A stretch of DNA of 64,000 nt, from contig CAIJYD010000078.1 in NCBI GenBank assembly GCA_903824785.1, positions 37,365-101,364 of the forward strand, written 5' to 3'. This DNA is from an uncultured Bacteroidota bacterium. Lineage in GTDB: Bacteria; Bacteroidota; Bacteroidia; Bacteroidales; VadinHA17. Below the pieces are notes generated by a model. It ran no database searches. It had not been told where the DNA came from and saw only the letters and a list, made by a program, of their open reading frames with translations. Made by a program: the position numbers and the translations under genes. Positions 30,517-39,543 of this stretch are shown here, in pieces (within the stretch, counting starts at the first letter, position 1; each line of letters begins with the position of its first letter).

Positions 30517-31878
30517 ATGGAAAAGATCAGAAAGATTATTTTAAGCGACAATGAAATGCCAAGGCAATGGTATAACATTCTGGCAGACATGCCAAACAAA
30601 CCGATGCCTCCTCTTCATCCTGGCACGAAACAACCTATCGGTCCTGCAGACCTTGCAGCAGTATTCCCCATGGAACTTATCAAACAGGAAGTCTCAACCG
30701 AGAGGTATATAGATATTCCCGACGAAGTACTAGACCTTTACAGAACCTATCGCCCATCTCCTCTTTTCAGAGCTCTGAACCTTGAGAAAACTCTCGGTAC
30801 AAAAAGTAAAATCTATTACAAATACGAAGGGGGTAATTATTCAGGTTCTCATAAAGCCAACACAGCAATTCCTCAGGCCTACTATAACAAGCAGGAAGGG
30901 GTAAGAAGAATTACTACTGAAACCGGAGCAGGACAGTGGGGAAGTGCAATGAGTTTTGCCTGTAACTATTTCGGAATGGAGCTGCTGGTCTTTATGGTTA
31001 GGGTTAGCTATGATAATAAACCAGGCCGTAAACTTCTGATGAATACATATAACGCCAAAGTACTGGCCTCACCAAGTACAATGACGGTTTTTGGCAGAAA
31101 AGTACTTGAACTCGATCCTAACTCTCCCGGAAGTCTTGGCATTGCAATCTCTGAAGCTATGGAAGTAGCCGGACAAGACCCATATACCAAATATTCACTT
31201 GGAAGCGTTCTTAACCATGTTAGTCTCCATCAGACTATTATAGGTCAGGAGGCACTTATTCAAATGGAAAAAGCTGGCGATTACCCCGATGTTGTGATCG
31301 GTTGTTTTGGCGGTGGCTCAAATTTCTCAGGAATTGCATTTCCTTTCCTTCGCGAAAAACTTCTTAATAAAAAAGATGTCAGGCTTGTAGCTGTTGAACC
31401 AGCTTCCTGTCCGAAACTAACCAAAGGAAAATTCATGTACGATTTTGGTGATTCCGCAGGAATGACCCCACTCCTTCCTATGTACACTCTCGGACATAAT
31501 TACATACCAGAGAAGATACATGCCGGAGGGTTACGTTATCATGGTGCCGGAGTACTGGTCAGCCAACTGCTTAAAGACGGATTTATCGAGGCAAAAGCAA
31601 AACTTCAAAGAGAATGTTTTGAGGCTGGTGTGCTCTTCGCAAGAAATGAGGGAATTCTTCCCGCTCCTGAGTCAACCTACGCAATTGCCGGAGCACTTGA
31701 CGAGGCAAGAAGAGCCGACATTGAAGGGGTCTCTAAAACAATTCTATTTAACCTGAGCGGACATGGTCATTTCGATGTTTCTGCCTATGAGAAATATTTT
31801 GAGAACAACCTTCCGGATCACGAATTGTCATCTGCAGAGATTGAAGAAGCTATATCAAAAATAGATATAACTATCTGA
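30517..31878 (+). CDS. trpB: TrpB2-type tryptophan synthase beta subunit-like PLP enzyme (stand-alone)
   Basis: MEKIRKIILSDNEMPRQWYNILADMP... is the TrpB2-type N-terminus, with the PLP-lysine context GSHKANTA and GGGSNF. The ORF-track start at 30469 lies inside the terminator stem and is rejected. Confidence 0.85.
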   Translation: MEKIRKIILSDNEMPRQWYNILADMPNKPMPPLHPGTKQPIGPADLAAVFPMELIKQEVSTERYIDIPDEVLDLYRTYRPSPLFRALNLEKTLGTKSKIYYKYEGGNYSGSHKANTAIPQAYYNKQEGVRRITTETGAGQWGSAMSFACNYFGMELLVFMVRVSYDNKPGRKLLMNTYNAKVLASPSTMTVFGRKVLELDPNSPGSLGIAISEAMEVAGQDPYTKYSLGSVLNHVSLHQTIIGQEALIQMEKAGDYPDVVIGCFGGGSNFSGIAFPFLREKLLNKKDVRLVAVEPASCPKLTKGKFMYDFGDSAGMTPLLPMYTLGHNYIPEKIHAGGLRYHGAGVLVSQLLKDGFIEAKAKLQRECFEAGVLFARNEGILPAPESTYAIAGALDEARRADIEGVSKTILFNLSGHGHFDVSAYEKYFENNLPDHELSSAEIEEAISKIDITI

Positions 31879-31884
31879 TAATAA

Positions 31885-31948
31885 AAAACTCACCCTGATG
31901 TTCACTTCTCTGACAAAGAGAGCGAACAAAAGGGTGAGTTTATATTTT
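31885..31948. terminator. bidirectional terminator between convergent trpB2 and the NIPSNAP gene
   Basis: AAACTCACCCT (31886-31896) pairs with AGGGTGAGTTT (31931-41). An inner hairpin joins TTCTCT and AGAGAG. An A-run lies on the left and a T-rich tract on the right. Confidence 0.6.
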
Positions 31949-31949
31949 A

Positions 31950-32753
31950 TTAAAAATCTGAATATGATGTAGGATGAAGCAGATATGCACTGACCTTTGA
32001 TACAGTATTTTTGTACTCTTCCATTGCAGCCAGCTTCTTCCATTCAGGAGCATCCCTGAATGCATTCCAATGTTCATCGTGCGATTTTAAATCTGAAAAC
32101 GTAATCATATACATAAGGTTAGGCATATGACTTCCTACTAAAACCTCACCATAAAATACCGGATTGAATTTGAGGCGCTCAAACAATGCGATCTCTCCAC
32201 CCTGATTAAACATTTCAATCTTTTTAACTGCCTTGGCTTCAGTTGCACTCTCATAACTTCTTAATTCATAAATCCTTTCCGTTACCGGAGTAAGGAATTT
32301 CGGTGCAACCATCTGAGGCATATTCATAAACGCCTTCAAAAGGATATTTTCAAGTCTCTTATAAGGTGGCTTATCGTAAGGAGCATCTAGAAATGATTTT
32401 CCAGCTTCCGAATAAGCCTTATCCTTTGCGAGCAATGCAGGTAATTCCATATACTTATCAATTGTGTTGAAAGGGATAAGAACATAGATAATCTTTCCAA
32501 AAGTGGTGTCGGTCTCTACCGGTTTGAATACTCCTGCCATCGGGATCCCTGCCCGGTGCAATGCAGGGAGATAGGCATCTTTAAGGAAAGCATCAACCCT
32601 CGTCTCCTGAAGGTTATCAGCAATACGGTAAACTTTAATTTCGTAATACTGCTGCTTTTGAGGTGGTGCCCCAAAACTACTTAATGTTAAGGCAGGCAAC
32701 ATTAATAACATTAATGACGAAAATACCCGGGTAAAAATCTTTGATTTTTTCAT
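31950..32753 (-). CDS. secreted NIPSNAP-family protein (two NIPSNAP-like repeats)
   Basis: 267 aa with a signal peptide. YYEIKVYRI and IYELRSYES are NIPSNAP-like ferredoxin-fold openings. Confidence 0.6.
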   Translation of the reverse strand: MKKSKIFTRVFSSLMLLMLPALTLSSFGAPPQKQQYYEIKVYRIADNLQETRVDAFLKDAYLPALHRAGIPMAGVFKPVETDTTFGKIIYVLIPFNTIDKYMELPALLAKDKAYSEAGKSFLDAPYDKPPYKRLENILLKAFMNMPQMVAPKFLTPVTERIYELRSYESATEAKAVKKIEMFNQGGEIALFERLKFNPVFYGEVLVGSHMPNLMYMITFSDLKSHDEHWNAFRDAPEWKKLAAMEEYKNTVSKVSAYLLHPTSYSDF

Positions 32754-32791
32754 AGCTATTTATTTATCTGATTGATTTATAATATTTTACA

Positions 32792-34114
32792 TTAATACTG
32801 AAATACTTTTCCTCCTGCAAGAACCTCCTGCTTTGCCTCATCGAATGAGGCCTTTTCTCCTGTCCTTAATGCAGCTGTGCACATGATGTTGGCAATAGAA
32901 TGGTTATAACCGGCCATGACATCTGCATTAGGTTTCGCACGGCTGCGAACACATTCCATCCAGTTTCTCATATGAGCAGTTGTCATAGGATCTGAACCTG
33001 TATTAGCCGAGGTTTCAACCCTGAAGCCGGGCAGGTCAGCATTTTCAAGCAGATTAGCCTTCATATTCATAGCTTTTGCTTCATTTTCCTGCAACCCGCC
33101 ATCAGAAGTAATCTTGTTTGTATCAAGGTTAAGAGATCCTCCGTTGGAGAAATATATCTCTTTTGTTCCGCCTGCTGAATTGGTAAAACGTGATGTATAA
33201 ACTACCTGAAAAGCCTGATTGGCATCTCCGTAATCCATTACCGCAGTGATTGTATCATAATTGGTACGCCCGTCTTTCCATTGATAAATGCCTCCGTTTG
33301 CAGCAACACTTCTTGGATGGTTTAACCCTGTAAACCAATGTACGGTATCGATCTGATGGGCCATCCACTGACCGGGGATTCCGGAAGAATATGGCCAGAA
33401 AAGTCTGAATTCAAGATATTTCCTCGGATCCCATGCAGCCGGAGCACGATTAAGCTGGAATCGTTTCCAGTCGGTATCAGATTCTTTTATGACGCCTGTA
33501 AGCTGTGGCCTTCTCCACCTGCCTGGCTGGTTTACATTCCACGACATTTCAACCATCACAATCTTTCCAAACTTACCAGACCTGATATAGTCATTTGCTG
33601 CAATATAATTTGGGGTACTTCTTCGCTGCGAACCAATCTGCACTATTTTCCCGGTCTCCTGAACAGCTTTGAGGGCCACTCTGGCATCAGCCATTGTTTC
33701 TGCAAACGGCTTTTCACAATACGCATCCTGTCCGGCCCTTACAGCTTCAGCCAGAAGTAAGGCATGCTGAAAATCTGCGGTGCTGATAATAACTGCATCA
33801 GTATCCTTTCCGGCATACAGCTCATCGTTGTTTCGTGCTGTCTTTACAGTTACACCTTGTCCTTTGAAGTAAGTTACAGCTTCATCGCGGCGTCTGTTCC
33901 ATAAATCAGAAACTGCGGTAAACTCAAAATTCATCTCTTTTGCCAGGCTCATAAAAGCAGGAGCCAGAGCACCTTTGAAACGGTCTGAAAAACCGACTAT
34001 TCCTACCCGTACCCTGTCGTTGGCGCCAAGGATACGTGAATAACTTTTTGCACCAAGAGTCACCCCTGCTGTTGCAAGAGCACTCTTCTGAATAAATTCT
34101 CTGCGGGTTGTCAT
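32792..34114 (-). CDS. Tat-exported Gfo/Idh/MocA-family oxidoreductase
   Basis: 440 aa with the twin-arginine signal MTTRREFIQKSALATAGVTLGA, the Rossmann motif RVGIVGFSDRF, and EKPF. Confidence 0.8.
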   Translation of the reverse strand: MTTRREFIQKSALATAGVTLGAKSYSRILGANDRVRVGIVGFSDRFKGALAPAFMSLAKEMNFEFTAVSDLWNRRRDEAVTYFKGQGVTVKTARNNDELYAGKDTDAVIISTADFQHALLLAEAVRAGQDAYCEKPFAETMADARVALKAVQETGKIVQIGSQRRSTPNYIAANDYIRSGKFGKIVMVEMSWNVNQPGRWRRPQLTGVIKESDTDWKRFQLNRAPAAWDPRKYLEFRLFWPYSSGIPGQWMAHQIDTVHWFTGLNHPRSVAANGGIYQWKDGRTNYDTITAVMDYGDANQAFQVVYTSRFTNSAGGTKEIYFSNGGSLNLDTNKITSDGGLQENEAKAMNMKANLLENADLPGFRVETSANTGSDPMTTAHMRNWMECVRSRAKPNADVMAGYNHSIANIMCTAALRTGEKASFDEAKQEVLAGGKVFQY

Positions 34115-34200
34115 AATATCTGTTTTAAGTTGTTTATAATAAGCATACTTTCCTGTTCACTGTAATTATTTTCACCTGGTACAACAAATCTGTCACCATA

Positions 34201-35556
34201 TTAGTCATTACTGTTATCTATCGGTGAAAACTGAAGAGGTTTCCGGAACCAGGATGTCCGGTAAGCTCCATATATAACACCGGCTGAAAGCCAGCACATA
34301 CCAACAATCTTGGCCTTTATTCCAAGGCTGAACCATAAATAGAGGCAGATTGAAAAGCCTAAAACCGGTATAATAAGATGCCCGAATGTTTTTTTCTCCT
34401 TACGCAGAAAATAATGGACAAATGAGGAAGCATTGACACCCATAAATGCAATAAGAGCTCCGAAATTCAGAAGTTGTGCACCCATGGGATAAGTGAGAAG
34501 AAATGCCCCGGCTAGAGTTAAAACTCCGACCAGTATTATATTATTTGATGGTATCCTGGTGCGGGGATTAATCTTTCCAAAGAATTTATTTGGAATTGCA
34601 TGATCGCGGCCCATACCATATAAAAGCCTGCCTGCTCCCAGTTGTGCACCTGAGCCTGAACCTATTGACGCAATAAGAAGGGCCATGTTTACTGCATGGA
34701 ACAACCATAAACCTCCGGCTTTTCCGGCAACATAACAAAATGCTGTATCCTGATCGGGGAAAGAGGTACCCGGCCAAACGAGCTGAGCCGCATAAACCTG
34801 TACCGATGCAAGAATACCTGTGATAATACAGACAAGTACAGAAGCAAGAAGGATATTGCGACGCGGATTACGTACTTCTTCAGACAAAGTTGAGATCCCG
34901 TCAAACCCAATATAAGTAAGAACTGCAAGTGATGCGCCTCCTGAAACAGCAGAAAATGTAAAAGTCTTCGGATCATAAAATGGCCTTGTCCAGTCCGATA
35001 TTCCTTCGGGAGGATTCAGAAAAAGATAACGCGCCGCAGCTCCGAGAAACAGTATAATAATAACTCCTAATCCCGTTGCAATCACATAATTCGTCCGCGA
35101 ACTGGCCTCGATACCTCGCAGATTCATTCCGGTAAAAAGAACAGTGAAAGCAATTGCCCAGACAGGAAAAGAGATTTCAGGAATCAGATTCATGGCAGCC
35201 TTGCTTACCCAGATAACGCAGATCACAGGGTTCATAACATAGTCGAAAATCATCCCCCAGCCGACAAAATAACCAAGGGCAGGATGGATCTCACGGCTGA
35301 CATAAGAATAGGCAGAACCTGAACTTGGATATACATTTCCCATCCGGCCGTAGCTTATGGCTGTAAAAAGCATCCCAACCATTCCGATAATTATAGTTGT
35401 AACAACATGCCCTCCGGCCAGACCGGCCACAGCTCCGAATAATGGCATCGGGGCTGTAGGCTGAATAAGAATAATCCCGTAAAGCACCAGGGAGGAGAGC
35501 CCCAGAACACGCTTTAATCCTGGTCCTGAGTTTGATGATGACTGGGTATTACTCAT
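34201..35556 (-). CDS. APC-superfamily amino acid permease
   Basis: 451 aa with roughly 12 predicted hydrophobic segments and an N-terminal LKRVLGLSSLVLYGIILIQPTAP typical of APC transporters. Confidence 0.75.
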   Translation of the reverse strand: MSNTQSSSNSGPGLKRVLGLSSLVLYGIILIQPTAPMPLFGAVAGLAGGHVVTTIIIGMVGMLFTAISYGRMGNVYPSSGSAYSYVSREIHPALGYFVGWGMIFDYVMNPVICVIWVSKAAMNLIPEISFPVWAIAFTVLFTGMNLRGIEASSRTNYVIATGLGVIIILFLGAAARYLFLNPPEGISDWTRPFYDPKTFTFSAVSGGASLAVLTYIGFDGISTLSEEVRNPRRNILLASVLVCIITGILASVQVYAAQLVWPGTSFPDQDTAFCYVAGKAGGLWLFHAVNMALLIASIGSGSGAQLGAGRLLYGMGRDHAIPNKFFGKINPRTRIPSNNIILVGVLTLAGAFLLTYPMGAQLLNFGALIAFMGVNASSFVHYFLRKEKKTFGHLIIPVLGFSICLYLWFSLGIKAKIVGMCWLSAGVIYGAYRTSWFRKPLQFSPIDNSND

Positions 35557-35720
35557 AAATCAATATTTATTAGATTATTTAACACCATTAACAATTTTAC
35601 TATATTTGAAACTGTTAATAAGCATATCTCAAATATGCGAATTAAAAGGGATATAATCCGAAGCAGAGTTAAAGTTTTAACGATTTTTATTATTCTTCTA
35701 TTCAAACTTAAAAACACACC

Positions 35721-36842
35721 ATGGAAAACCAAAATAAACCGGCTGTTAAAAGGCTCCAATCTCTTGATGCTCTTCGTGGATTCGACATGTTCTGGATAAT
35801 GGGAGGCGGAGGAATCTTCCTTGGTCTGGCATCACTTACAGGCTGGCCGCTTTTTCAGTGGTGGGCTGAACAGTTAGAGCATGTTCCATGGCACGGCTTT
35901 CATTTTTACGATATGATATTCCCTCTTTTCCTCTTTATTGCAGGTATATCATTCCCCTTTTCTTTGGCGAAGAGAATCGCCTCTGATGATACACGCCAGT
36001 CAATATACAAACATGTTTTCGGCCGTGGATTACTATTGGTTCTAATCGGAATAATCTTTAATAATGGCGTTAATTTCGACCTGGCTCATCTGCGTTATGG
36101 AAGTGTTCTGGGACGAATCGGTCTGGCCTGGATGTTTGCCGCACTCATCTTCATGAATACCAAACTCAGTTATCGTATTGTCTGGTTCTGGGCACTGCTT
36201 ATCGGATACTGGCTCCTGCTTATGCTCTTTCCTGCGCACGACCTTGGCTCAACTGAGCGCTTTTCTCAGGAAGGTAACTTTGCCAGTTTTATTGATCGTC
36301 TTCTTATGCCGGGGAGACTATACCTTGGCAATCACGATCCGGAAGGTTTATTCAGCACTATTCCTGCCATAGGAACAGCACTGCTTGGTATGTTCACAGG
36401 AGAGTTTCTAATGTCTGATTATCTTAGCAAAAAGCCACTGAAAAAAGTTCTTTATCTGGCTTTGGCAGCTGTTGCACTGATGATTTTAGGAAAGATCTGG
36501 GATCTTACCTTCCCTATCAATAAAAACATATGGTCCAGCTCTTTTGTCTGTTTTGTCGGTGGTTTGAGTCTTTTGCTTTTCTCAATCTTTTATCTTGTAA
36601 TTGATGTATGGCAATATAAGAAATGGGCCTTTTTCTTTGTTGTAATCGGGATGAACCCGATTACAATCTATCTTACCGAAAGAATAGTAAATCTGAATAA
36701 GGCATCGGGGTTTTTCTTCAATGGATTTGCAGCACTACTTCCGGAAGCATGGAAACCGCTTATTGACGGTATCGGAATAACGGCAATCGCCTGGGTCTTC
36801 CTATATATATTGTATAAGAAGAAGATTTTCCTGAAAGTATAA
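35721..36842 (+). CDS. DUF5009 / HGSNAT-like integral membrane acyltransferase
   Basis: 373 aa, polytopic. RLQSLDALRGFDMFWIMGG matches the heparan-alpha-glucosaminide N-acetyltransferase-like family opening. A TAtaTTTG box lies at 35601-35608. Confidence 0.6.
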   Translation: MENQNKPAVKRLQSLDALRGFDMFWIMGGGGIFLGLASLTGWPLFQWWAEQLEHVPWHGFHFYDMIFPLFLFIAGISFPFSLAKRIASDDTRQSIYKHVFGRGLLLVLIGIIFNNGVNFDLAHLRYGSVLGRIGLAWMFAALIFMNTKLSYRIVWFWALLIGYWLLLMLFPAHDLGSTERFSQEGNFASFIDRLLMPGRLYLGNHDPEGLFSTIPAIGTALLGMFTGEFLMSDYLSKKPLKKVLYLALAAVALMILGKIWDLTFPINKNIWSSSFVCFVGGLSLLLFSIFYLVIDVWQYKKWAFFFVVIGMNPITIYLTERIVNLNKASGFFFNGFAALLPEAWKPLIDGIGITAIAWVFLYILYKKKIFLKV

Positions 36843-36901
36843 CCAGGGGGATGCTTAAGAGGGAATCCTCCAGTGTAACAGAGGTCATTGTCTCATTCTT
36901 T

Positions 36902-38146
36902 TTACCCAAACTCTTTTCTGGCAATATCGGGATCAATCTCTTTTTCCCATTTCGCAATTATAACAGTGGCAACGGTATTACCAATCAGATTGGTGATTGC
37001 CCGTGCTTCACTCATAAAACGATCTATTCCAAGGATGAGAGCGAGGGAGGCAACAGGGATATTCCCTACTGTTGGAAGAAGTGCCGCAAGTGTAATAAAC
37101 CCACTTCCTGTCACCCCGGCTGCACCTTTGGATACAAGCAACAGAACCAGAAGCATGGTTATCTGGTCTGAAAGAAGCAATGGGGTATTGGTTGCCTGGG
37201 CCAGAAACACAGCTGCCATCGTAAGGTATATTGAGGTTCCGTCAAGGTTAAAAGAATAACCTGTCGGTACTACGAGCCCCACCACCGATTCTGAACAGCC
37301 ACCCTTTTGCAGTTTTATCATAAGACTTGGGAGTGCAGCTTCCGAAGAGGAGGTGCCTAATACTATCAGAATCTCTTCTTTAATAAAACTGAGCAGACGG
37401 AAAATATTAAACCCGAAATATCTCAGCACCCCTCCTAAAACGATAACAATAAAGAGAATACAGGTAATGTAAAAAGATACCATCAGCTGCCCTAATGAAG
37501 CCAGCGATCCAAGTCCATACTTGCCTATTGTAAAAGCCATTGCTCCAAACGCACCAACAGGAGCAGCTTTCATAATAATATTGATAACGGCAAATAACCC
37601 TGCTTCAACCGATTTAATACCCCTGATTAACGGTTTTGCTTTTTCGCCTATTTTCGAAAGAGCTATACCAAAGAGTACCGAGAAAAAGAGGATCTGAAGC
37701 AGATCGCCGTTAGAAAGGGCATTGATGATATTGTCAGGAATAATATTCAGCAGGAAGTCAACCACATTAGTTGCCTTGCTTTTTGTAACATATGAAGCAA
37801 CCGATTGTGCATCGAGTGTTGAAGGGTCAATGTTCATTCCAACCCCGGGTTTCAGAAGGTTTATGACAACCAGGCCGATAGTGAGCGACAATGTTGTTAT
37901 GATCTCAAAATAAATTATTGCTTTAAGACCTACCCTGCCAACCTTTTTTATGTTTTGCATACTTGCGATACCACTCACTATGGTACAAAATATCAATGGT
38001 GCAATCATCATCTTAACCAGTCTGATAAACCCGTCACCAAGTGGTTTTAATTTTGTGGCAAATTCCGGATAGAAGAAACCGATTGTAATCCCGATAATTA
38101 TTGCAACTATAACCTGGAAATACAAACTTTTAAAAATTTTCAACAT
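36902..38146 (-). CDS. dicarboxylate/amino acid:cation symporter (DAACS, DctA/GltP-like)
   Basis: 414 aa with [16 protein letters not shown]..., [14 protein letters not shown] and NLDGTSIY. Confidence 0.85.
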   Translation of the reverse strand: MLKIFKSLYFQVIVAIIIGITIGFFYPEFATKLKPLGDGFIRLVKMMIAPLIFCTIVSGIASMQNIKKVGRVGLKAIIYFEIITTLSLTIGLVVINLLKPGVGMNIDPSTLDAQSVASYVTKSKATNVVDFLLNIIPDNIINALSNGDLLQILFFSVLFGIALSKIGEKAKPLIRGIKSVEAGLFAVINIIMKAAPVGAFGAMAFTIGKYGLGSLASLGQLMVSFYITCILFIVIVLGGVLRYFGFNIFRLLSFIKEEILIVLGTSSSEAALPSLMIKLQKGGCSESVVGLVVPTGYSFNLDGTSIYLTMAAVFLAQATNTPLLLSDQITMLLVLLLVSKGAAGVTGSGFITLAALLPTVGNIPVASLALILGIDRFMSEARAITNLIGNTVATVIIAKWEKEIDPDIARKEFG

Positions 38147-38316
38147 ACTCTTTCAATAATTAAAATTGTGATTATCAGTAATTTTCAATATAGCTTCATG
38201 ATTTTGACTTCATTGATCTCCCATTGTCCTGCGAAGTCAAATGAAACAAGGGCATAAGATACGATAAAATAGTATCTTTAAAACATTCTTTAACTGAAAC
38301 AGAAACTTAGAATTCC

Positions 38317-39537
38317 ATGAACTCAAGGGAAAGAATATTACACTCAATAAACCACCGGCAACCCGACAGGATCCCCATAGATCTGGGTAGTTCAACAGTC
38401 ACCGGGATCTCGGCAACCGCCTATAATAACCTGAAAAAGCATCTGAAAATTGAGAAGCCGACACGGGTTTTTGATGTTGTCCAGCAACTTGCGTCTGTTG
38501 ACATGGAAATTATTGATCTTCTTGGCGTTGACGCCCTTGATGTAAACAGGCTTTCCACTGAGGACGGCGACTGGCATGAGGTAAAACTTGCTGATGGCAG
38601 TATAGCTGAATACCCGGATTGGTTCCGCCCGGTCAAAGCAGATGATGGCTCATGGTTTACAACGGATGAGGAAGGTACCGTCCTGTCAAAAATGCCGGCA
38701 GGAGCGACATTTTTCGACCAGATGCATTTCCCTTATGAAGAGGGGTATCCTGATAATTTTGAAAAGTTCAGAGATGCTTTAAAGAAGATAAGCTGGGTAA
38801 CACATTCACATTCCACAAATCTGAATTCATCAGAATTTAGAGAAAAGCTGATAACCCTTAAAGAATCAACAAATAAAGCTCTGGTGATGTCGGGCGGGGT
38901 TAAGCTGCTTGAACTTGGTTTCTTTATCAGAAGAATGGATAATTTCCTGATGGATCTGATGCTCGATGAGAAAAAATTATCTGAAATGCTTGATATTCTT
39001 GTGGATATGCACCTCTCAGGACTGGAGAAAAAATGCAGCTCTGTTGGGGATTTAGTGGATGTTATCCGCTTTGGTGATGATCTGGGTATGACCTCCGGTC
39101 CTTTTATGGATCTCGGAACTTTCCGTAAGCTATTTAAACCCCGTTATAAGATTCTCTGCGATTATGTTAAAAAACATAGTAACATGAAGATCTTTATGCA
39201 CTCCTGTGGCAGCATAAAACAATTCATTCCCGACCTGATCGAAGTTGGTTTTGATATTCTCAATCCTGTTCAGACTAACTGCTACGAGATGGATCTTGTG
39301 ACTCTCAAAAAAGAATTCGGCCGTGATATAACTTTCTGGGGGGGTGGAGCTGATACTGCTTCAGTAATTAACAGAGCAAAACCGGAGGATGTTCGAAGAG
39401 ATGTATTAAATCGTTGTGAGATTTTGTCAAAGGATGGTGGTTTTGTCTTTGCTCCCATTCACAACATACTATCTGAGGTTCCGCCTCAGAATATTATGGC
39501 AGCCTATAATGCAGTAAAGGAGTTTAACGGGGAATGA
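38317..39537 (+). CDS. URO-D-superfamily protein (MtaA/CmuA-like), paralog A
   Basis: 406 aa with no signal peptide. It carries the motifs RFGDDLG, MHSCG (HxC) and FWGGG. It is clearly a paralog of 43468..44706, sharing MNSRER.L..INHRQPDRIPIDLG and KMPAGATFFDQ. Confidence 0.65.
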   Translation: MNSRERILHSINHRQPDRIPIDLGSSTVTGISATAYNNLKKHLKIEKPTRVFDVVQQLASVDMEIIDLLGVDALDVNRLSTEDGDWHEVKLADGSIAEYPDWFRPVKADDGSWFTTDEEGTVLSKMPAGATFFDQMHFPYEEGYPDNFEKFRDALKKISWVTHSHSTNLNSSEFREKLITLKESTNKALVMSGGVKLLELGFFIRRMDNFLMDLMLDEKKLSEMLDILVDMHLSGLEKKCSSVGDLVDVIRFGDDLGMTSGPFMDLGTFRKLFKPRYKILCDYVKKHSNMKIFMHSCGSIKQFIPDLIEVGFDILNPVQTNCYEMDLVTLKKEFGRDITFWGGGADTASVINRAKPEDVRRDVLNRCEILSKDGGFVFAPIHNILSEVPPQNIMAAYNAVKEFNGE

Positions 39538-39543
39538 ATGCCA

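Noticed and set aside
35553-35759. 68-aa minus-strand ORF spanning the permease / DUF5009 intergenic region
   Set aside because: It is AT-rich intergenic sequence read in frame. It overlaps the starts of both real genes and has no motifs.
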